From Anolis carolinensis (lineage: Eukaryota), in NCBI RefSeq assembly GCF_035594765.1, contig NC_085846.1, forward strand, positions 39,109,190 through 39,173,189: 64,000 nucleotides of DNA, in the 5' to 3' direction. This document shows positions 12,501-25,389 of the stretch, piece by piece (position 1 is the stretch's first letter; each line of letters starts with the position of its first letter). The position numbers and the translations under genes are program-made. A model generated the notes under the pieces. It worked only from the letters and a program-made list of their open reading frames with translations. It was not told the DNA's origin and searched no databases.

Positions 12501-15188
12501 TCTCGCACTGTATCGCTATTCTAAAGGTAAATCCTTCCTTTGGGGACATCACAAATGTCAGTGTGACAAGTGCTAAAATGACATAAAATAAAAACACATG
12601 TACCGGAATCTGATTGGACAGTAAGGAATTTGCAACCTAGAGTTACACACATGCTGTTGTTTCATATTCACGATTCGTAAGTATCCCCTAGTCTACATAG
12701 GGACTCCAAAGGTTTCCTAATGCCCACTTATAGGGCAGTAACCACCGCGATGGATGTTAAAAGTCTTTTAAAGGGGGAAATTGTCTATATATACAGAAGT
12801 CAAAGTATGTATGTATATATGTTTGTCTGCTTGTACCACAAAGGGTGTTGCTAGGTGAAGTGGCTAGGTGAAGTGACCCTCTGTCATTTGTGATGTCACT
12901 AGAGTGGCAGCTACTAGGTGAAGTGGCCCTCTGTGATGTCACTGGGAAAGAAAGGTGACATGTGTACAAGGGGAAGGGAGGAAAGAAGGAAAGAGACACA
13001 AAGAGAGACTGACCATCATTGCAAGAATGTTGGCATGGAGACATTGTGAGGTAGACCTTCTCAGAGCTGGAGAAAGGAGAAAGTAGGCAACTAGCGGTTC
13101 AAATAACACTGGGGCAACACCAAGTATATACACTAGTATGACAATAAGATCACACAGGTAAATCAGATGATGATTGGAAGGAAGTTTGATACAGATGAAG
13201 GCTGTCCCCATTGTTGACCATGGGGCATTTTGGATGCCAAAGCAAGGCATTCCATTTCCATTGTAAGAAACAATGTGATTCCATTGAGATCTAGACTTTG
13301 AGCTTCAAATAATTTTGAACATTTTGTACCCTTTGATCAGCCGGATAGAAATTTCAGCACTATGTGGTTTTGGATGCATGATCAACATGGCTACCTTGGG
13401 TATATAGGTAAAAGGTAAAAGTTTCCCCTGACGTTAAGTCCAGTCATGTCTGACTCTGGGGGTTGGTGCTCATCTCCATTTCTAAGCTGAAGAGCCAGCG
13501 TTGTCCGTAGACACCTCCAAGGTCATGTGGCTAGCATGACTGCATGGAGCGCTGTTACCTTCCCGCCGGAGCGGTACCTATTGATCTACTCACATTGGCA
13601 TGTTTTCGAACTGCTAGGTTGGCAGGAGCTGGAGCTAACAGTGGCCGCTCATGCCGCTCCCAGGGTTTGAACCTGTATATATTTTATTAGAATTGTGTGT
13701 GTGATTTGTGGGAATTGCACTGCCTTTAAGTGGCAAAATATAGTTTCGAGCAAATAAGCTCTCCATAGCTGGTAATGCTGACTTAAATCACTCTTTGGAC
13801 AGATCTGCCATACCCTCACGGAGAAGCTTGTTGCCATGACCATGGGTTCGGGGGCTCAGATGAAGTCTCCATCCAGCCTCAACGATATCATTGTGGTTGC
13901 CAAGCGGATCAGTCCCAGGTGAGAGACATCAAATTGAGATGAGCGACAATTGGTGGTGGTTTGTTTAATGGCTCTTCTTTCAATGGAGGAGTAGGGATTG
14001 TGGGAAATGAAATTGAGATACAGGACAGATAAGGATGAAAGAATCTACATACGAGGGCTATCCAATTCCAAGTTTTGGAATTAAAAATGAACAAAATATA
14101 GGAGAAAACATTTACCATATGCAATTGAAAGCCACACCCAAATACCACTTCTCAACATACAGTAGAGTCTCACATATCCAAGCCTCACTTATCCAAGTTT
14201 CTGGGTTATCCAAGCCATTTTTGTAGTCAATGTTTTCAATATATCGTGATATTTTGGTGCTAAACTCCTAAATACAGTAATTACAACATAACATTACTGT
14301 GTATTGAACTACTTTTTCTGTCAAATTTGTTGTATAACATGATGTTTTGGTGCTTAATTTGTAAAATCATAACCTAATTTGATGTTTAATAGGCTTTTCC
14401 TTAATCCCTCCTTATTATCCAAGATATTCGCTTATCCAAGCTTCTGCTGGCCCGTTAGCTTGGATAAGTGAGACTCTACTGTACTTGCCATTCAAATCTA
14501 GATACTTATTATAGCGATGAATGAGCTTGGAAACTTCTCCCCCACAAAACTTTCCCACTTGGTCCTCAACCCCTTCCCGCAGCTGCGCAGCGTCGCCAAA
14601 ACGCTGGGTTGCCGCTTGGTTTAGGATGCTACCATTAGCCCAGAAAAGCCATGCCACTTCCCAAAAAGAGATTGATTATAGGGGAGCAGGGCTGAGATGA
14701 GAAGAGGGGTGAAGCCCAGAAGAGGCCGGGGCTCTGAACCCTCAGAGGCCGATCCCCACGTGGGGCCCCTCCCTCCAGGGCCTGCCACTCACCTTTCCAG
14801 TCCTGGCGTGGTCCAAGGGAGAAGAAGGTCCATTTGGTTGGGGCAATCCCTCCAGCCCCTCTGCCCTGCATGCCTCCTCCACGCTGCCTGTTCTTTGTCA
14901 CAGGAGCCATGCACGGCGGCGGGAGAAAGGGGGCCAGGCGGCCGGGTCCATCCAAGGCAAAGAACAGGCAGCGTGGAGGAGGCGCGTGGTTGGGGCGATC
15001 CCTCCCTCCCCTCTGTCCTGCTGGGGCTAACAATGGGTGCTCACTCTGCTCCCTGGATTCGAACCTGCGACCTTTCAGTCTGCAAGATCAGCAGTTCAGT
15101 GCTTTAATATGCTGTGCTACTGGGGGCTCCATAAAAGCGGGATAGAAGTGAAATAATAATAACAACAACAATAATAATAATAATAATA

Positions 15189-15224
<36 letters not shown>

Positions 15225-18200
15225 TTATTATGACCCAGCAAACAAGATAGATATGCTGGATTTTGTATCACAAAATCACAAGTCGAACACTTCCCAAGTG
15301 TCTAGGACTGTGTGATGTATTTTTTGATGATGAGCGCAGATCCCAGCAGGGTGGCCTTTTGCAGTTGACAGATCGTAATTTTGTCAATGTCTATTGTTTC
15401 CAAATGCCGGCTGAGATCTTTTGGCACGGCACCCAGTGTGCCCATCACTACCGGGACCACCTGCACTGGTTTCTGCCAGAGTCTTTGAAGTTCAATCTTG
15501 AGGTCCTGATAGCGGCTGAGTTTTTCCTGTTGTTTTTCGTCAGTTCGACTGTCACCTGGGATGGCAACATCAATAACCCAAACCTTTTTCTTTTCCACAA
15601 CTGTGATGTCTGGTGTGTTGTGTTCCAGAACTTTGTCAGTCTGGATTCGGAAGTCCCACAGTATCTTTGCTTGCTCATTCTCCAATACTTGTGTGATCCC
15701 ACCAGTTCTTTACTGCTGGGAGGTGGTACTTGAGGCATAAGTTCCAATGAATCATTTGGGCCACATAGTTGTGCCTCTGTTTGTAATCTGTCTGTGCGAT
15801 TTTCTTACAGCAGCTGAGGATATGATTGATGGTTTCGTCAGTTTCCTTGCACAGTCTGCATTTTGGGTCATCAGCTGATTTTTCGATTTTGGCCTTAATT
15901 GCATTTGTTCTGATGGCTTGCTCCTGGGCTGCAAGGATCAGGCTTTCTGTCTCTTTCTTCGGGGTCCCATTCGTGAGCCATAGCCAGGTCTTCTCCTTAT
16001 CAGCTTTTCCTTCAGTTTTGTCAAGGAACTTTCCATGCAATGTTTTGTTGTGCCAGCTGTCAGCTCTAGTTTGTAGTGCGGTTTTCTTGTACTGTTTTTT
16101 TGTCTGCTGTGTTTCGAGGAGTTTCTGATTTTTGACTTCAATCAAATTTATTTATTTACTATACTTTTACCCCATCCTTCTCACCCCAGAGGGGACTCAG
16201 GGCGGCTTGACAATGTGACAGTAATTCAATGCCTTTTAAAAGAAAATACAAAGGAAGTAATTTAAAATATGCATTAAAATACAATTAAAACACAATTAAA
16301 ATATTAACATCACGTGATCGAAGAGCAAAGTCCAGGCCATTCCATTGGTCAGCTCTGTGTCTTTCATGTCTATTACTGCACCAGGTTTCCAAAGGTTTGG
16401 TCAAAGGGCCACGTCTTCACTTTCTTGTGGAAGATCAGGAGGGAGGGGGCTCATCTAATTTCCCTATGGAGGGAGTTGCATAGCCGAGGGGCTACCACTG
16501 AAGAGGCCCTGCCTCTCGTCCCCACCAATCGCGTCTGCGAAGAGGGTGGGACCGAGAGCAGGGCTTCCCCAGACGATCTTAGACTCCGAGATGGTTTATA
16601 GGAGGAGATACATTCGAACAATAATAATAATGTCTTTAAAAATGGTCATTCTAAGCTGGATATCAAGTGGGTCTTATATCTGTTATGCAGTGAGCCCACT
16701 CCAGGTTTTCAGTCCTTAAGGGAGCTATCCACTAGGTTCAGCACCATGGACAGCCCCTTTAGAACTAATCAAAACCTGGAACTAGATTCACTGCCACACA
16801 GATACTAGAATCACTGGCTTGAATTGCTGGTAAAAAGACCTGCACTTGTGTGGATTGTGCTACTCCTTCTTTTGAAAGTCCAATTTTCTGCAGTCTGGGG
16901 GAAAAAAGCTCTCTGGGCTGCATTGGTTAGTACATGTTATAATAAGTACATGATATTACTCCTCACCACTCCCTTTCTCTCTGTGTTTTTTCTTAGTTTT
17001 TTTTATCCATGCAATACTTGTTAGAAAAGCCTTGATGAAGTAATTTCTGCACCTTATTTCTTGGTTTGTTTTTTTTTATTCTAGGGTGGATGATGTGGTC
17101 CGATCCATGTACCCACCACTGGACCCTAAGCTTTTGGATGCCAGGTGAGTATGTCATATTTGGACTGCCCACACATGACCTGGATGGCAATGGGAATTTT
17201 AAGATAGTGGTTGTACATGCAAAAAAAAAAAAGGGGGAGAGGTTCGATTCATAGAAAAATTGTTTTAGTCCATATCCTTTTGAACTAATCCTGTCTTTAG
17301 CAAGAGGGAAACTAAACTGAGGAAGAGAAAGGAACTTGTTACCAGAAGGGCTGCAGGGAAATGGAATAATCTATTCACTCATGTTTCAAGGATTTTCTGT
17401 AAGAAGTAGAGCAAATATTGGTTGACACTCTGGGCTGAAGTAAAAGGGGCATAAAATACATATTAGGCAAGGTATAATCCTTTAAAAGAATCATGTCTCT
17501 ACTTATGCCGCCATTATGGCACCAACATTATCAGCACACTTGAACCACTTTTGCCTTTACAGACGCCTTGTGTCTGAGCCACTCCAATAATATTATTTAG
17601 TATTACCAGAGATCTGTGTGTATGGGCCTGCAAGTCACCTGTCAATTTATGGTGAGCCCATTAATTTCATACGGTTTTCTTAGACAAGAAATATTTAGAT
17701 ATATTCTTGCTAATTCCTTCCTCAAACAAAGCTTATAGTACCTGCTATTTGTTGGTAGTCTCCCATTCAAGTATTAATCAGAGCTTAGCTTCCAAATCAG
17801 CTAGTATCACCATAAAACAATTTGAAGGCACGTGCACATATAGAGAAAAAGTCTGAAGTATATAGCATATTCTCCAGATATTTAGAATAGAGTGGAACCT
17901 TGACTTAAGAGTGTCCCAATTTAAGCCATTGTTCAGCCTGGCTTTGCTTTGACATAAGAGCAGCATTTTGAGTTAAGAGCTAGTGTGAGAGTACAGGACT
18001 TTAGGGTTTCAAAGAAGCAGCCTTTCTGCCTCCGTGGCTTGTGTTCTTGTTGGAGCCTCCAGTTGCGAAATGCGTTAAACCCTTGTGCTGGCAGGACTGA
18101 TGACTTGAAGGTTGGATTGCTGACCTGAAGGTTGTCAGTTCGAATCCAACCCGGGGAGAGCGCGGATGAGCTCCCTCTATCAGCTCCAGCTCCATGCGAC

Positions 18201-18905
18201 AACATGAGAGAAGCCTCCCACAAGGATAGTAAAAACATCAAAATATCTGGGCGTCCCCTGGGCAAAGTCCTTGCAGACAGCCAATTCTCTCACACCAGAA
18301 GCAACTTGCAGTTTCTCAAGTTGCTCCTGACACAAAAAAAATGTTCTTGTCTGCTTTGAGAGATTGCTGTCCGCTTTGCTCTTATCCGCTTTGAAGAACT
18401 TTAGGTTAGTTGATTTTGTGTGGTTTGTATTCTTGGTATGTTTGGCTTCATGAAGAGAGAGAGACAGAGAGAGCAAGAGAGGGAGGGAGGTTGAAAATAA
18501 TGCTTTCTGCCTCTTCACTTTGTCCTTGCCACAACTTTGTACTTCTACCATTTTAAAATTGATCTTTCTTTTTTATTGTTCCATGTGAATGTGTTGGTTT
18601 CACCTTGCTTTTACACTGACCAACACACATCTTGTTGCCTCAAATGTGCTTCCTTGCCACAACTTTGTGCTTCTACCGTTTTAAATTTGGTTTTTATTGT
18701 CCCATGTGAATATGCCTTTACACATTATTTGTTATTTATAAAGTACATTTTCTAATTTAAAAACAAATATCAAAAAAGTGGGTTTTTAGGAGGGGAACAG
18801 ATTAATAGCATTTCAATGGGCAACCTCGCTTTGTAAGAACATTTTGTGTTAAGAGCTCAATCACAGAATGAATTAAACTCTTAAGTCAAGGTATCACTGT
18901 AGTTG

Positions 18906-18938
<33 letters not shown>

Positions 18939-19760
18939 CCAGCATATACAACCTCTGAGGATGCCTGCCATAGATGTGGGCAAAACGTCAGGAGAGAATG
19001 CTTCTGGAACATGGCCACACAGCCCGAAAGACATACAACAACCCATATCTATCTTGTTTGCTGTGTCATAATAAAATAATAATAATAATATAATTTTATT
19101 TTTGTATCCTGCCTCCATCTCCCCGAAGGGGCTCATGACGGCTTACATGGGGGAAATCCCCACAACATAGTTAAAATGTCACACATTAAAATTCATAACA
19201 ACATCATAAGACAACATAAAACAGAAATAACATAACAATCTAAAACAGTCATCAATAACAACAGTGAACCTGAGATAGTAAACAGCCTCTGGGCTTGGGC
19301 GGATGGGCTAGTGCAAGTACAACTCTCAGAAATTCATAAGTGTTGGCTACACTGTCTAAATAAGCATTTTTTTAAAACCTTCACATGTTCTGGCAGAGAC
19401 CCACTGTTTTAGTGTTGCTCTCTCCTAGGTCTAATGTGTTTGTGGCAATGTGTCCTGAAATCAACTCATTAGCTCAAATCTGAATGAAGGAAGACATTGG
19501 GGCACATGATTGAGTTGAAAATCCCATTTAAACAACCTGCTTTCTCTTCTAGGACGACAGCACTGCTGCTCTCGGTGAGCCATTTGGTCTTGATCACCCG
19601 CAACGCATGCCACTCTCCCAGCCGCATGGACTGGATTGACCAGTCCCTCTCTGCGGCTGAAGAGCACATGGCTGTCCTGCGCGAAGCAGCCCTCGCCTCC
19701 GAACCAGAACGTGCCGCACCAACTGCTGAGGGCTTTCTGCAAGAGCAGTCCACTATCTGA
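9553..19760 (+). CDS. TMEM98: Transmembrane protein 98, 6 coding exons, 226 aa
   Basis: Exons 9553-9683, 10996-11127, 12493-12526, 13803-13918, 17085-17144, 19553-19760, all GT-AG, total 681 nt. Translation METVVIVAIGVLATIFLASFVALVVVCRQRYCRPK...ELELDDVVITNPHIEAILENEDWIEDASGLVSHCIAILKICHTLTEKLVAMTMGSG...RVDDVVRSMYPPLDPKLLDARTTALLLSVSHLVL...EGFLQEQSTI* matches recalled vertebrate TMEM98. Confidence 0.97.
11680..11826. mobile_element. PIF/Harbinger-type MITE
   Basis: TIR GGCCC(C)TTCCACACAGC...GCTGTGTGGAAGGGCC. Other copies at about 830-904 (partial), 12198-12346, 38461-38609 (TAA on both sides), 38636-38782, 45661-45810 and a related element at 45814-45961. Confidence 0.8.
12784..13136 (+). mobile_element. 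Non-autonomous Helitron-like element
   Basis: 5' TCTATATATA, subterminal hairpin CTGGGGCAACACCAAG, 3' CTAG followed by T. The internal motif CTAGGTGAAGTGGCCCTC recurs inverted near 43545 and 47190. Confidence 0.6.
14052..14650 (-). mobile_element. Degenerate mariner transposase 3' end
   Basis: Minus-strand ATQRFGDAAQLREGV...EVSKLIHRYNKYLDLNGKY continues as VEK on the far side of the inserted MITE, matching the mariner C-terminal KLxxRyxKcxxxNGxYVEK motif. Terminus TA-CGAGGGCTATCC. Confidence 0.7.
14160..14481. mobile_element. Tc1/mariner-type MITE
   Basis: TIR CAGTAGAGTCTCACWTATCCAA...TTGGATAAGTGAGACTCTACTG with TA duplication. Further copies at 27007-27574 and 29500-29804. Confidence 0.88.
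15226..16144 (-). mobile_element. R4-clade (Rex6/Dong-like) LINE 3' fragment with restriction-like endonuclease
   Basis: CCHC knuckle CRLCKETDETINHILSCC, RHN motif, LWDFRIQTDK...PDITVVEKKKVWVIDVAIP...EK. The 3' end abuts a (TAA/TTA)n tract; frameshifted. Confidence 0.9.
16146..16620 (-). mobile_element. L2 LINE 3' fragment
   Basis: Tail GCCGCCCTGAGTCCCC...GAGAAGGATGGG...(TAAA)n on the minus strand and L2-type 3' coding remnant. Confidence 0.75.
17890..18899. mobile_element. Tigger/pogo-like non-autonomous DNA transposon with nested SINE
   Basis: TIR-like AGTGGAACCTTGACTTAAGAG...CTCTTAAGTCAAGGTATCACTG with TA flanks. Related element at 54444-55288. Confidence 0.65.
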
Positions 19761-20238
19761 GAGAGACATCTGAAGCCTTGAGTTCTCCATCATTGCAGAT
19801 TCTCTGCTCTCAACTGACATCACTGGCATAAATGCAAAGCTTACAACAGCCTCCTGCAGAGCCTAGTTTGGTTGAATAGCTAATATCCCAGAGTTGAGTG
19901 TTTATTGCTGCTTTCTGCTCTCTTATAACTTTGTGCTGCTTTAAAATATACAAACTAGTGGCATTGAGAAACCTTAAATGTTAAAGTGAGGGGAAAGCAG
20001 AGTACTGTTTTTGGCAATGAGGATAATTTAGTTGTGGTTATTGGTGTAAAAATAAGACCAGGAAAATAACTGGTGTTGAATTTTGAAAATCATATGAATC
20101 GGTAAGGGCTATTTTTTGTCCTTTCTGAGCATCGTAGCACATACACAGCGGTATTGTTGCCTTTGAATAATAGCTTCTTTGTGCCATTATCACACAATGC
20201 TTTTGAAATTAGCTTCTACTTTTTGATATGCACAGCTA

Positions 20239-20408
20239 CTGTGTTTCATCAATTGTAAGATGCCACCAATTGTAAGTTGCACCCTAATTCCAGTACTACC
20301 AACAACAACAGAAATACGTAAGATACACCTGTGATTCTAAGATGCACTCCATTTTTAGAAATGTTTATATATAGGAAAAAGATGTGTCTTAGAATTGAAG
20401 AACTACAG
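20239..20408. mobile_element. Tc2/pogo-like MITE in the TMEM98 3' region
   Basis: Inverted termini CTGTGTTTCATCAATTGTAAGATGC...GTGTCTTAGAATTGAAGAACTACAG flanked by TA. Confidence 0.6.
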
Positions 20409-21966
20409 TAATATTGTGGATTCTGGTCCGTATTCTTAATGTTCTATTTATATAGGTTGTGATCCGTTTATACTCTGAACTGGTGATTGTAGAGAGCTGA
20501 AATGTTTCAAAAAATTCTCATCTTAGGCCAAATTTATACACACACACACACACGTATTTTCCGGTGTATAAGATGACTGGGCGTATAAGACAACCCCCAA
20601 CTTTTCCAGTTAAAATATAGAGTTTGGGATATACTCGCCATATAAGACTACCCCTCTTCCAATGCACACCAAATAAAAAGACTATCAGAGCAGTAGCGCA
20701 AACACGCTTCTTTCACCCATCTATGTGAGTTGATTAAAAAATCCTGCCAGATTTCTCTCCTATACAATCAATCAAAATAGTTTATTGTACGGGCCCAAGG
20801 CCATGACAAAAAGCAACACATGCACACAATAGTACCCTCGGAGCAATAGATTCCAGTGATACTGAGCAGAAGCCATAATCGTGCTCCCGCAAGGAGTTAA
20901 AACAATGCCAGTTAACAGTAATTTTAAAAAAAAAATTGCGAAAGAGTTCACATATAGATGCATATTGTGAGTCCACTTAATCCTTTGAGTCTCCTCGGCA
21001 GTTGATGGCAATTTTATCTAATTCTATCTTTCTGATCTTTTTGGCAGATAGAGCAAACAGGGCTACTTTGTGAGTTACATAGTTGTTTGTTCTCTCCTAT
21101 ACACATTTTGTAACTTTAATCTGACTTCAGATGATCTATCCTATGCCACCACCTGGCCATCAGATCCATATACGTGGTTCTCATGGATTTGTGCTGTATT
21201 GTTTTAAAATTTTGGGTTAAGCTCAGGCCAAAGCCAAAATACTTTAGGGTTGAATTGTCAATGCCATCCCAAGCTTGGCCAAGTTATGATGACATTTAAG
21301 GCAAAAAAAATAATCCTCCACAAACCCATGTCCCTAAAAATTTAACAGTAATCAATAACTTGCTGTCTTTTCATAACCTAAAATCACTCACATGAGGTAG
21401 CTATGTCACACCCATCAATTGTAGTACTGGCCATAGAATATCTCTCCTCTCCACAACCAAGTCCATTCTTGAATGAAAGTACCTTCATATCAATATTTAG
21501 GTGTGTGGTTCAATTGTGACTACTCAGTGGCACTTTGTATATCTTCAGAAACGTTGTTACCAACACTAATTATGATTCTATGTATATTCAAATTAGTTTT
21601 GTCGCTATTTAAAGAAGGGTTCTTTAACCACAGTCCCATGAAACCCAAAGGTGAGAGGTTGCTAGAGGTTCTGAAAAAAAATTGTGATGGAAATTAAAAT
21701 TATTTTTTAATCTGTAGATGCAGTATTTTTATGTAGGGGTTCTCTGAGACCTGAAGATAGTTTCAAAGGTACCTCCAGGTTAAGAAAGGTTGATTTAAAG
21801 AATACACAAAGTGCCTCGTCTTTTGTTTGAAGTCTTTGCCAACTTTTGATAAACGCTTGCGCATTTGTTTCCAAAGCTGTACTATACATTTTCCTAGCTT
21901 GGTCTTTGACAGACTTTACACCCGTCAACACTCCTATTTTCCTCCTTCATCATGTTGCTGCCTTGA

Positions 21967-21972
21967 AATAAA
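21967..21972 (+). terminator. Candidate TMEM98 poly(A) signal
   Basis: AATAAA followed about 30 nt later by GT-rich GAGTGAGTGTTTGTTG. An earlier AATAAA at 20672 lies inside a transposon fragment. Confidence 0.4.
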
Positions 21973-22340
21973 AATTGTGTTTCCCATAACATCAGCTGGG
22001 AGTGAGTGTTTGTTGAACAACTTAATTTAACAGTGAAAAGTCAAAAACTATAAATTAGTAGGTGTACGGTACAAGGAATTATATTAACGCATTCAAAATC
22101 TCTACATAGTAAAAGTGTTCAAAAATTTCCAAAGGATTTTGGGAGGCTGATTACCAGGGGGCTGAATACTTTCATGGTAAGGTAAAGGTTTCCCTTGACA
22201 TTAAGTCTAGTAGTGTCCAACTCTGGTGGGTGGTGCTCATCTCCATTTCTAAGCTGAAGAGCTTAGATGTAGACATCTCCTAGGTCATGTGGCCAGCATG
22301 ACAGCATGGAGTGCCGTTGCCTTCCTGCCAAGGCAGTACC

Positions 22341-22396
<56 letters not shown>

Positions 22397-22398
<2 letters not shown>

Positions 22399-23427
22399 TC
22401 TGCCTAGAAGATCAGGGGGCAGAGGACTCTTACAAGTAAAACAATCAGTCAAAGAAGAAGAACATGCCCTGGCAGAATATGTAAAGCAAAGTGAAGAACC
22501 TACTTTGATTGAAGTCAAAAATCAGAAACTCCTCAAAGCACAGCAGACAAAAAAACAGTACAAGAAAACCGCACTACAAACTAGAACTGACAGCTGGCAC
22601 AACAAAACATTGCATGGAAAGTTCCTTGACAAAATTGAAGGAAAAGCTGATAAGGAGAAGACCTAGCTATGGCTCACGAATGGGACATGAAAAAGGAGAC
22701 AGAAGGCCTGATTCTTGCAGCCCAGGAGCAAAACATCAGAACAAATGCAATTAAGGCCAAAATCGAAAAATCAGCTGATGACCCAAAATGCAGACTGTGC
22801 AAGGAAACTGACGAAACCATCAATCATATCCTCAGCTGCTGTAAGAAAATCGCACAGACAGACTACAAACAGAGGCACAACTATGTGGCCCAAATGATTC
22901 ATTGGAACTTATGCCTCAAGTACCACCTCCCAGCAGTAAAGAACTGGTGGGATCACAAACTGCAAAAGTATTGAAAAAAGGAACATGCAAAGATACTGTG
23001 GGACTTCCGAATCCAGACTGACAAAGTTCTGGAACACAACACACCAGACATCACAGTTGTGGAAAAGAAAAAGGTTTGGATCATTGATGGTGCCATCCCA
23101 GGTGACAGTCGAATTGACGAAAAACAACAGGAAAAACTCAGCCGCTATCAGGACCTCAAGATTAAACTTCAAAGACTCTGGCAGAAACCAGTGCAGGTGG
23201 TCCCGGTGGTGATGGGCACACTGGGTGCTGTGCCAAAAGATCTCAGCCGGCATTTGGAAACAATAGACATTGACAAAATTACGATCTGCTAGCTGCAAAA
23301 GGCCACCCTACTGGGATCTGCACGCATCATCCGAAAATACATCACACAGTCCTAGACACTTGGGAAGTGTTCGACTTGTGATTTTGTGAAACGAAATCCA
23401 GCATATCTATCTTGTTTGCTGTGTCAA
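22397..23427 (+). mobile_element. R4-clade (Rex6/Dong-like) LINE 3' fragment
   Basis: Nearly identical to 15226-16144, flanked by (TAA)n at 22341-22396 and 23428-23488, with in-frame stops. Confidence 0.9.
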
Positions 23428-23488
<61 letters not shown>

Positions 23489-24858
23489 GGAGCTACCGAA
23501 GGGACCATCCAGTCCAACCCCATTCTGCCATGCAGGAAAAGCAAGGAAGGCAGGAGATCTGAGCGATCCGATAGCCATTTTTTCTGGAAGAATACAAGTA
23601 ATTTCTGTCGATATAATAAACTAAAAACAAGGCAAAAGACACAATCTGGAAAGGAGGAAGGGTGGAGATGAAAGGCCACCTCCTTTCCTCCCAAGGAAAC
23701 AGCTTGATTTTCTGCCTCTGGTAGCGTACACCCAGGAGCCAGAAGAACAAAACCAATAGGATGGAAGCTGCTAAAAAAGAAAAGCGGCCCAAAGCAATAT
23801 AGCAGGTAGCCACTTGTTGACCAAGAAACAGCCACCCGTCGCTGGAGCATTTCAGGATTCTGTGCTGCAGATTTGTTCTGAATCCTCAAGCTTGGGCTGT
23901 CTGTTGATGAAGAAATAATTGGCCTGAGTGCCGGCACTGGGATGCACTGGCGTCTTCGGAATACAAATAAAGTTTATTTATTTATTTATTTATTTTTATT
24001 TAAGGCAATAAAAGTCAATAAAGTTTCAAATCTAAGCAATCTGTCTCCTATGTGAGGCTATTTCCCCTTTGTAGGTAGATTTCCAACTGGTAATCTCGTC
24101 ACAAAAGACTGAGATGTTGAATGTGGTACAGCTTTGGCGTAGAATTAATTCAATGTGACATCACTTTAACTGCTATGACTAAGTGCTATGAAATTTCCAA
24201 AATATGTATTATTCTAACATTTATGTAAAAGTTAAAACTTTGTGGGTGTATTGAAAAGAGTCTGAATATTTGTGGCTCTTAAATATATTTTGCTAGGTTT
24301 CTATACCAATCGGTAACCTTGTCACAAAAAAACTGAGATGCTGAACGTGGTACAGCTTTGGTGCGTAGGCTGTATGGGGGAGAGATGAAGCTGACATTAG
24401 TTCTAAGTTTTGTATTCCTACTAGCTTGGGTTATTTGAAAAAGTCAATTTTTTAATTGTACAAAATGCATAAGGTTGTGGATTAACTACAACTGTCATCA
24501 TGCTAGGTTAACTCCAAAAATCTCCATCAGTACTTAAAGTTTGTTGTGTTGGGCAACTTGCTCTAGGTCCCCGCATCATTGGCGGGGTTCGGTGTGCTCT
24601 CTGGCTGTAAGTTAAACTACAACTCCCACTATAGTGTTCAGAGTGCTCATTGATTGCAGGTGAACTATAAATCCCAGTACCTACAACTCCAAAATATCCA
24701 GGCCAATTTCCCTCAAAACCCACCAGTATTCAAATTTGGGCATATTGGGTATGTATGCCAAGTTTGGTCCAGATCCATCATTGCTTGAGTTCATGGTGCG
24801 CCCTGGATGCAGGTGAACTACAACTCCTATAAATCCTTCCAAAGACCTCCAGTGTTGG

Positions 24859-25355
24859 ATTGTTGTATGTTTTCCGGGCTGTATGGCCATGTTCTAGAAG
24901 TATTCTCTCCTGACGTTTCGCCCACATCTATGGCAGGCATCCTCAGAGGTCGTGAGGTATGGAGAAACTAAGCAAGGAAGATTTATATATATATCTGTGG
25001 AAAGTCCAGGGTGAGAGAAGAACTCTTTGTCAGTTGGAGGCCAGTGTGAATGTTGTAGTTAATCACCTTAATTAGCATTGAATAGCTTCATCTCCTGGTT
25101 TCTTCCTGCCTGGGGCATCCTTTGTTCAGAGTCGTTAGCTGCCCCTGGTTCCCATGTCTGGAACTCCTCTGTTTTCAGAGTGTTGCTTCTTATTTACTGT
25201 TCTGATTTTTGCGTTTTTTAAATACTGGTAGCCAGATTTTGTTCATTTTCATGGTTTCCTACTTTCTGTTGAAGTTGTCCACATGCTTGTGAATTTCAAT
25301 GGCTTCTCTGTGTAGTCTGACATGATAGTTGTTGGAGTGGTCAATCATTTCTGTG

Positions 25356-25389
<34 letters not shown>

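Noticed and set aside
15302-16145. Endonuclease-like ORFs as a novel nuclease system
   Set aside because: They are the C-terminus of a truncated, frameshifted R4 retrotransposon, present in several copies.
20672-20677. AATAAA as a transposon-donated TMEM98 poly(A) site
   Set aside because: It lacks a clear downstream GT-rich element, and the site at 21967 has better context. This cannot be resolved without 3'-end data.
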